From Rhodobacter capsulatus SB 1003 (lineage in GTDB: Bacteria; Pseudomonadota; Alphaproteobacteria; Rhodobacterales; Rhodobacteraceae), in contig NC_014034.1 in the NCBI RefSeq assembly GCF_000021865.1, positions 3,660,001-3,692,000 on the forward strand: a DNA stretch of 32,000 bases, read 5' to 3'. Shown here in pieces: positions 26,642 through 32,000 of the stretch; position 1 is the first letter of the stretch, and each line of letters begins with the position of its first letter. The notes under the pieces were generated by a model. The model did not search any database. It was not told where the DNA came from and was given only the letters and a program-made list of their open reading frames with translations. The translations under genes and the position numbers were made by a program.

Positions 26642-26717
26642 GGGCCGTTAGCTCAGTTGGTAGAGCAGCTGACTTTTAATCAGCGGGTCGCAGGTTCGAA
26701 TCCTGCACGGCTCACCA
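26642..26717 (+). tRNA. tRNA-Lys (anticodon UUU), CCA encoded
   Basis: Cloverleaf read by eye. Acceptor GGGCCGT/ACGGCTC, D arm GCTC-AGTTGGTA-GAGC, anticodon arm GCTGA-CTTTTAA-TCAGC, variable loop GGGTC, T arm GCAGG-TTCGAAT-CCTGC, discriminator A, then CCA. Confidence 0.95.
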
Positions 26718-26746
26718 TCACTCTCCCCGCGGATCGCGAAAAGAAA

Positions 26747-26772
26747 CAACCCCTTCGGGGGCTGGACTTTTT
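26747..26772 (+). terminator. intrinsic terminator after tRNA-Lys
   Basis: CAACCCC-TTC(G)-GGGGCTG with one mismatch, followed by GACTTTTTG. Confidence 0.5.
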
Positions 26773-26809
26773 GCGCCCCCGGACCATCTGGGCCGCAGGA
26801 GGCCGAAAG

Positions 26810-27256
26810 ATGGACAAGAAATATCGCAAGACCCCCGAAGCGCTGGCCCGGCTGACGGCCGAGCAGTTCCGCGTGACGCAGGAAAGCGGCACCGAGCGCG
26901 CCTTTACCGGGGCATTCTGGAACACCACCGACCCCGGGCTTTATGTCGATGTGGTCTCGGGCGAGCCGCTGTTTTCCTCGCGCGACAAGTTCGAAAGCGG
27001 CTGCGGCTGGCCCTCGTTCACCCGGCCGGTCGTGCCCGCCCATGTGACCGAGCATCGCGACGTCAGCCATGGCATGATCCGCACCGAAGTGCGCTCGATG
27101 CATGGCGACAGCCATCTGGGCCATGTCTTCCCCGACGGCCCGCGCGATCGTGGCGGGCTGCGCTATTGCATCAACTCGGCCAGCTTGCGGTTCATTCCGA
27201 AAGATCGCATGGAAGCCGAGGGTTACGGCGACTGGCTTGCGGAACTGGAGGGATAA
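26810..27256 (+). CDS. msrB: peptide-methionine (R)-S-oxide reductase
   Basis: ATG 26810 after [44 protein letters not shown]. The track ORF start at 26069 reads across dapF antisense and the tRNA and is rejected. Confidence 0.95.
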   Translation: MDKKYRKTPEALARLTAEQFRVTQESGTERAFTGAFWNTTDPGLYVDVVSGEPLFSSRDKFESGCGWPSFTRPVVPAHVTEHRDVSHGMIRTEVRSMHGDSHLGHVFPDGPRDRGGLRYCINSASLRFIPKDRMEAEGYGDWLAELEG

Positions 27257-27260
27257 GCGG

Positions 27261-27758
27261 ATGCAAAAGGCGATACTGGCGGGCGGCTGCTTTTGGGGCA
27301 TGCAGGATCTGATCCGCAAGCTGCCCGGGGTGATGTCGACCCGCGTCGGCTATTCGGGCGGCGATGTGGCGCAGGCCACCTACCGCAATCACGGCACCCA
27401 TGCCGAGGCGATCGAGATCGTCTTTGACCCGGCGCAGATCAGCTTCCGGCGGCTGCTGGAATTCTTCTTCCAGATCCACGACCCGACGACGCCGAACCGG
27501 CAGGGCAATGACATCGGGCTGTCCTATCGCTCGGCGATCTTTTTCCTGGATGCCGAGCAGGAACGCATCGCCCGGGACACCATCGCCGATGTCGACGCCT
27601 CCGGCCTCTGGCCGGGCAAGGTGGTGACCGAAGTGGCCCCGGCCGGGCCGTTCTGGCAGGCCGAGCCGGAGCATCAGGATTATCTGGAGCGGATCCCGAA
27701 CGGCTACACCTGCCACCGGATCCGCCCGAACTGGGTGCTGCCGAAGCGTCAGGAATAA
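27261..27758 (+). CDS. msrA: peptide-methionine (S)-S-oxide reductase
   Basis: ATG 27261 after [22 protein letters not shown] (the GCFWG active site), [17 protein letters not shown]. Confidence 0.95.
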   Translation: MQKAILAGGCFWGMQDLIRKLPGVMSTRVGYSGGDVAQATYRNHGTHAEAIEIVFDPAQISFRRLLEFFFQIHDPTTPNRQGNDIGLSYRSAIFFLDAEQERIARDTIADVDASGLWPGKVVTEVAPAGPFWQAEPEHQDYLERIPNGYTCHRIRPNWVLPKRQE

Positions 27759-28471
27759 CTGCGCACCAGCGCGCCCGAAAGCAGAACCCAGCCGTTCGCC
27801 ACCACGAAGAAGGCCAGCTTGAACGGCAGGGCCACGACGGCGGGCGGCACCATCATCATCCCCATCGACATCAGGATCGCCGAGACGACAAGGTCGATGA
27901 TCAGGAACGGCAGGAAGACCAGAAAGCCGATCTCGAAGGCGCGGGTGATCTCGGAGAGCATGAACGAGGGCACGAGGATCGACAGCGGCGCCTCGCGCGC
28001 GGTGCCGGTGTAGGTCGCGCCTTCGCGGATCGCGGCGAGCTGGGTGAAGGTCTCGGGATCGGTGCGGCCCGCCATGAAGATGCGGAACGGCTCGACGCCG
28101 CGTTCAAAGGCGGTGACGATGTCGATCTTTTGCGCGATCAGCGGCTCGATCCCGGCCTGATAGCTGGCCATGAAGGTCGGCTCCATCACGAACCAGGTGA
28201 GAAACAGCGCCAGGCTGATGATCAGCATGTTCGGCGGCGATTGCTGCAGCCCCATTGCCTGGCGCAGGATCGAGAGCACGGTGACGATGAAGGGAAAACA
28301 CGTCACCATGATCGCCAGCCCCGGCGCAAGGCTCAGAAGCGTGATCCCCGCGATCAGGATCAGCGAGGAATTCGTCAGGCTTCCGTTCCCGCCCATGTCG
28401 AGCGTGATCTCCTGCGCGCCCGCGGGCGCCGCAAGGATCATTAACGTTAATGCAAGGGCAAGAACGCGCAT
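27749..28471 (-). CDS. fliP: flagellar type III export protein FliP
   Basis: Signal-like N-terminus, then [42 protein letters not shown] and [13 protein letters not shown]. Confidence 0.95.
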   Translation of the reverse strand: MRVLALALTLMILAAPAGAQEITLDMGGNGSLTNSSLILIAGITLLSLAPGLAIMVTCFPFIVTVLSILRQAMGLQQSPPNMLIISLALFLTWFVMEPTFMASYQAGIEPLIAQKIDIVTAFERGVEPFRIFMAGRTDPETFTQLAAIREGATYTGTAREAPLSILVPSFMLSEITRAFEIGFLVFLPFLIIDLVVSAILMSMGMMMVPPAVVALPFKLAFFVVANGWVLLSGALVRSYS

Positions 28472-28472
28472 G

Positions 28473-28745
28473 TCAGAGCCCGTTCTGCAGATCGACGACT
28501 TCGGTCAGGCGCACGGCCAGCTGACCGTTCGAATCGCCTTCCATCTCGGTCAGCTCGCCGCGGGCGATGAGCTTGTCGCCGACGTAAAGCTCGACCGGAT
28601 CCTCGACCCGGCGGTCGAGCGGCAGGATCGAATCGCGCTTCATCCGCAGCAGATCGCGCACCAGCGGCCGGGCCTTGCCCACCGAAATGGTGATCTCGAT
28701 CGGGACTTGCGAAAACGGGTTGCTGGACGGGGCAGTGTCATCCAT
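28473..28745 (-). CDS. fliN: flagellar motor switch protein FliN (short, SpoA domain only)
   Basis: 90 aa. IEITISVGKARPLVRDLLRMKRDSILPLDRRVEDPVELYVGDKLIARGEL matches the SpoA/FliN core. Confidence 0.85.
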   Translation of the reverse strand: MDDTAPSSNPFSQVPIEITISVGKARPLVRDLLRMKRDSILPLDRRVEDPVELYVGDKLIARGELTEMEGDSNGQLAVRLTEVVDLQNGL

Positions 28746-29343
28746 GAGCGGCCTCCTGTTGGCTGGCGCTGAAATAGGTGTCGATCGCGTCGGCGATCAG
28801 CCGGATCACCCCGTCAAGGTCGATCCGGGTCTCGGTTTCGGCAAATTTGAGATAGACCTGACCTTCGCCAAGGGTCGTGTCGCCGGTGAAGACAAGCGGC
28901 AGGCCGGAGCTTTTGCCCAGAACCTCCTCGATCACCGGCAGGCTGAGCGGGCTGGCCAGAATGGTGATCGGCACCGAGGTCGCCGATTCGGCCAGCGGCT
29001 GCAGCTGCTCGGCCACCATCTGCGCCAGCGTCTGCCGCGCCATCGCGGGCAGCAGCTTCGCCGCGATATCGACCAGCAGCGGGCGCAGCGCCATCAGGAT
29101 CTCCTGCCGCGCCTCGTGATAGGTGAAGGACAGCTCCTGCAGGTTCTGCCCGAGGTCCGAGCGCAGCTTGGTGCCCTCGGCCTCCTGCGCCGCGACGGCA
29201 TCGTCCCAACCGGCGGCGTAGCCCTTTTCAAAGGCCGCCAGACGTTCTTCCTCGAAGGCGCCGGGATCGATCTCGATCTGCGGCGGCGGCGGCGGGGCCG
29301 GTTCCGCTTCGAAGGATTCCAGCCGAACCCGGTTCCGGATCAT
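28738..29343 (-). CDS. FliH-like flagellar assembly protein (assignment tentative)
   Basis: 201 aa. It sits between fliF and fliN, with 4- and 8-nt overlaps. It is acidic, with a predicted helical N-half (EEERLAAFEKGYAAGWDDAVAAQEAE) like FliH. There is no strong motif. Confidence 0.5.
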   Translation of the reverse strand: MIRNRVRLESFEAEPAPPPPPQIEIDPGAFEEERLAAFEKGYAAGWDDAVAAQEAEGTKLRSDLGQNLQELSFTYHEARQEILMALRPLLVDIAAKLLPAMARQTLAQMVAEQLQPLAESATSVPITILASPLSLPVIEEVLGKSSGLPLVFTGDTTLGEGQVYLKFAETETRIDLDGVIRLIADAIDTYFSASQQEAAHG

Positions 29344-30995
29344 GCCCGTTCCTCCGCCTCATCCATCCAGCTGCGCAGGATCTCGACCGATTCGGCCTGA
29401 CGTTCCTCGATCAGCTTCTTCAGACGTGCCACCGGATCGCTGGCCTGACCCGACTCGCCGCCCATGCCCATGTCGCCGAAGTTGCCGGTGCCCATGGTCA
29501 TCGGCATGTCGCCGATGTCGAAATCGGAGACCACGTTCATCGACCCGATCGGCATGTCGCCATCGGCGATCTCTCCGGTCAGCGCCCGGCCGGTGCCTTC
29601 GTCCGAGCCGATCATGCCGCCGGGCAGGTTCATCGCCCGCTCCGCCTCGGCTGCCGCCGCGCGTTGCGCCAGGATCGGTCGCATCACGAACAGGCCGAGA
29701 ATCAGCGCCACGATGGCAAGCACCGCGATCTTGATCAGCTGCATCGTATCAAGCGGCGCCGAGGCAAAGAGGCTGCTGGTCGCCTCGGTGCCGGTTTCGG
29801 CGAGCGGCTCGAAGGCCATCGAGCGGATGGTGATGACGTCGCCGCGCTTTTCGTCGAAGCCCACGGCCGAGGCCACCAGCTCCTTCAGCGCCGCCAGTTC
29901 CTCGTCGGTGCGCGGGGTGATCGCCGTGACGCCATTCGCGTCCTTGCCCTCGACCCCGTCGACCAGAACGGCAACGGTCAGGCGCTTGATGTCGCCCGGA
30001 TTGCGCAGCACTTCCCGCGTCGTCTCGGAGACTTCGAAATTGACCTGCTCGCGGGTTTCCGAGGCCTGGCTTTGCGATTTTCCGCCATTCGCGGCATCGC
30101 CCTGCGGCAGGTTCGAGGCCACGGTCACCGCACCCGGCTTGGTGTCGTCGGATTTCTCGGAGCGCTCCTGCGTCTCGGTCGAGATCGCCACCCGGCTGTC
30201 GGGCTCGATCCGCTTTTCGGTGATCGCCTCGCGTTCGGTCACGGTCTGCACCGACACTTCGACCACGGCATTGCCATAGCCGACCCGCGCCTCCAGCAGC
30301 CGCTCGACATTGCTGCGCAGCTCCTCGGCCCGGTCGTTCGCGGCCGGGTTGAAGACGTCATCGCCGGTCGAAATCAGCCCCGCCACCGAATCGATGATCG
30401 AGACATCATCGGGGCTCATCCCCTGCACCGCGGAAGACACAAGAAATTTCAAAGCCTTGGCATGGGTCGGCGAAAGCCCGCCCGAAGCCGTCGTCACGGT
30501 GACCGAGGCGGTCGGATGGTTTTCCTTGCGGAAGGACTGCCCTGAAGGCGCGGCAATATGCACCCGCGCCGCCCGGATCATCGGATTGGCCACGATGGTC
30601 CGGGCCAGTTCGCCCTCTTTCGCGCGCCAATAGGCGGCATCGAACATCTGCGAGGTGGTGCCAAAGCCCGACAGGCCGTCAAGCAGCTCATAGCCCGCCC
30701 CGCCCGTCGCCGGCAGACCCTCGCCCGCCAGCGCCATCCGCAATTCGTCGCGCCGCGCGGCATCGACATAGATCGAATCGCCCCGCACCTCATAGGGAAC
30801 CGCGCGGGCGTCCAGCGCGGCCACCACTTCCCCGGCACGCGCCCCTTCAAGACCCGCATAGAGAAGCGCCATGTCGGACCGGGAAGCGAAGCTCGACAGC
30901 GCCAAGATCGCCGCAAACATGAGAATAGTCGCCCCGGCCACAAGCACGCGTCGCGTCGTGTCCAATCCTTGCCATACGGCCATCAACTGCTGCAA
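29340..30995 (-). CDS. fliF: flagellar M-ring protein FliF
   Basis: VWQGLDTTRRVLVAGATILMFAAILAL (TM1), YscJ/FliF core (LYAGLEGARAGEVVAALDARAVPYEV.., IRAARVHIA..), and a C-terminal TM. The start is uncertain. I prefer TTG 30995, 6 nt after GGAGG. Alternatives are ATG 30983 and the track ATG 31040, whose first codons are rich in rare AGG/CGA. Confidence 0.9.
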   Translation of the reverse strand: MQQLMAVWQGLDTTRRVLVAGATILMFAAILALSSFASRSDMALLYAGLEGARAGEVVAALDARAVPYEVRGDSIYVDAARRDELRMALAGEGLPATGGAGYELLDGLSGFGTTSQMFDAAYWRAKEGELARTIVANPMIRAARVHIAAPSGQSFRKENHPTASVTVTTASGGLSPTHAKALKFLVSSAVQGMSPDDVSIIDSVAGLISTGDDVFNPAANDRAEELRSNVERLLEARVGYGNAVVEVSVQTVTEREAITEKRIEPDSRVAISTETQERSEKSDDTKPGAVTVASNLPQGDAANGGKSQSQASETREQVNFEVSETTREVLRNPGDIKRLTVAVLVDGVEGKDANGVTAITPRTDEELAALKELVASAVGFDEKRGDVITIRSMAFEPLAETGTEATSSLFASAPLDTMQLIKIAVLAIVALILGLFVMRPILAQRAAAAEAERAMNLPGGMIGSDEGTGRALTGEIADGDMPIGSMNVVSDFDIGDMPMTMGTGNFGDMGMGGESGQASDPVARLKKLIEERQAESVEILRSWMDEAEERA

Positions 30996-31056
30996 GACGC
31001 ACCTCCATCGAGCGGACTTCTGCCCCGTCGTCCTGCGCATCTTTCTCCGATCGCCC

Positions 31057-31071
31057 TTAACAATCGGTTAG
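31057..31071. promoter_or_regulatory. CtrA-type box in the divergent fliF / fliL promoter region
   Basis: TTAA-CAATCGG-TTAG matches 7 of 8 positions of TTAA-N7-TTAA. Confidence 0.4.
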
Positions 31072-31118
31072 TGGGTCCAAGGGTATAGCAGGATGGATCG
31101 AAGAAATCGGGGACCGCC

Positions 31119-31613
31119 ATGGCCGAGCCAGAAGCTGAAGGCGAAGAAGCGCCAAAGAAGAAATCGAAACTGCCGATTCTGATCGGGCTGGTGCTGATGC
31201 TCCTGCTCGGCGGGGGGGCTTTTTACGCCGTCTACTCCGGCATGATCCTTGCACCGGCCCATCCGGAGGGCGCCGAGGCCGCCGCCGAGGAAGAGCATCC
31301 CGAGGCGACCGAGCCGCAGATCGCCTTTGTCGCGCTTGATCCGATGGTGATTTCGCTGACCGAGGGCAAGGCGCGGCATCTGCGGTTTTCCGCCCAGCTT
31401 GAAGTGCCGCTGCTGAAGCAAAAAGAGGTCGAGCTGCTCAAGCCGCGCGTGATGGATGTTCTGAACGGCTTCCTGCGCGCGGTCGAGGTGAGGGATCTCG
31501 AAGACCCCGCCGCGCTGTTGCGGCTGCGCGCGCAGATGCTGCGCCGGGTCCAGATCGTGGTCGGCGAGGGCATGGTGAACGACCTGCTCGTGATCGAATT
31601 CGTGATGAACTAG
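31119..31613 (+). CDS. fliL: flagellar basal body-associated protein FliL
   Basis: 164 aa. Acidic/basic N-terminus, single TM (LPILIGLVLMLLLGGGAFYAV), and FliL core (FVALDPMVISL..RHLRFSAQLEV..LKPRVMDVLNGFLR). Confidence 0.85.
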   Translation: MAEPEAEGEEAPKKKSKLPILIGLVLMLLLGGGAFYAVYSGMILAPAHPEGAEAAAEEEHPEATEPQIAFVALDPMVISLTEGKARHLRFSAQLEVPLLKQKEVELLKPRVMDVLNGFLRAVEVRDLEDPAALLRLRAQMLRRVQIVVGEGMVNDLLVIEFVMN

Positions 31614-31623
31614 GGAGAGAAAA

Positions 31624-32000
31624 ATGCAGATGATCGCAGATATTCTCATGGGTTTGGGCGCATTGGGGGCCAGCGTCTACTGCATGGTTCTGGCCCGCAG
31701 GCTGAAGCGGTTCAACCAGCTGGAAAGCGGCATGGGCGGGGCCATCGCGGTGCTCTCGGCCCAGGTCGACGACATGACCAAGGCGCTCAACCGGGCCCAG
31801 GCAACGGCGGCGACCTCGGCGGAGCAATTGCGCAGCCTGACCGAACGCGCCGAGCAGAGCGCGCAGCGGCTGGAACTGCTGATGGCGATGTCGCAGGCCG
31901 CGGCCACGCCGACGGCAGCCCCGGCGGCGCCCGCGGCGCCCCTGCCGGAGGCGGAACCGCAACGCCAGCGCGTGCTGCGCCGCCGGGTGCGTCCGTCCGA
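31624..32000 (+). CDS. membrane-anchored coiled-coil protein in the flagellar locus (5' part; continues beyond the window)
   Basis: Not in the track because it has no stop in the window. GGGAGAG precedes ATG 31624. MQMIADILMGLGALGASVYCMVLARRLKRFNQLESGMGGAIAVLSAQVDDMTKALNRAQATAATSAEQLRSLTERAEQSAQRLELLMAMSQAAATPTAAPAAPAAPLPEAEPQRQRVLRRRVRPS reads open to the window end with GC-rich third positions. Confidence 0.6.
   Translation, partial: MQMIADILMGLGALGASVYCMVLARRLKRFNQLESGMGGAIAVLSAQVDDMTKALNRAQATAATSAEQLRSLTERAEQSAQRLELLMAMSQAAATPTAAPAAPAAPLPEAEPQRQRVLRRRVRPS

Noticed and set aside
24587-26809. ORF 24587-25939 (+), the upstream extension of mtaB to 26062, and the upstream extension of msrB to 26069.
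   Set aside because: The first is a shadow of mtaB. The mtaB extension runs inside dapF in another frame. The msrB extension reads across dapF antisense and through the tRNA-Lys gene. Good SDs and family-typical N-termini support 25705 and 26810 as the true starts.
1-32000. Search for CRISPR arrays, IS/transposase, integrase, phage, toxin-antitoxin or known defence genes, and for rRNA.
   Set aside because: No spaced direct-repeat arrays were seen. No terminal inverted repeats flank any ORF, and no recombinase-, nuclease- or toxin-like translation appears in any frame. The only repeats found are the two ~50-nt palindromic elements. The window looks like core chromosome.

Overview
This is a high-GC (about two-thirds G+C by eye) alphaproteobacterial chromosome segment. 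The gene content and regulatory signals look Rhodobacteraceae-like: an Irr/ICE box at mbfA, a CtrA-type box in a flagellar promoter, xseB-ispA-dxs, and an alpha-type flagellar gene order. The window is almost fully coding, with about 36 CDS and one tRNA-Lys(UUU). I found no rRNA, CRISPR, transposase, integrase or phage genes.

Gene order:
- alpha-2-macroglobulin N-terminus (minus strand, runs off the left edge)
- cytoplasmic hybrid histidine kinase with two receiver domains
- recQ and yggT
- thioesterase, UMF1-type MFS transporter, mepA, phytase-like esterase, yhhQ
- a 356-nt structured orphan locus
- xseB-ispA-dxs
- OCD-family / HAD / AEC-transporter operon
- mbfA, a 53-aa exported peptide, pncA-pncB
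- pit; Nudix / APH-fold kinase / class-III PLP enzyme; arfB; mtaB; dapF
- tRNA-Lys, msrB-msrA
- fliP-fliN-fliH-like-fliF, divergent from fliL and a truncated membrane-anchored coiled-coil ORF

Most long Arg/Pro/Gly-rich ORFs in the track are antisense or out-of-frame shadows typical of high-GC DNA. Three probable genes are absent from the track. Two have no stop inside the window (1-1011 minus, 31624-32000 plus), and one is probably too short for it (17520-17681).

I see no obvious defence, toxin or mobile system. The best candidates for undescribed biology are:
- the orphan structured RNA or attenuator-like locus at 10355-10710
- the paired TGAAC-N6-GTTCA operators with the exported Cys peptide next to mbfA
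- the translationally chained kinase / phospho-lyase-like / Nudix module
- a roughly 50-nt AT-rich palindromic repeat family present twice

All product names come from motifs I recognise by eye. No database search was run.
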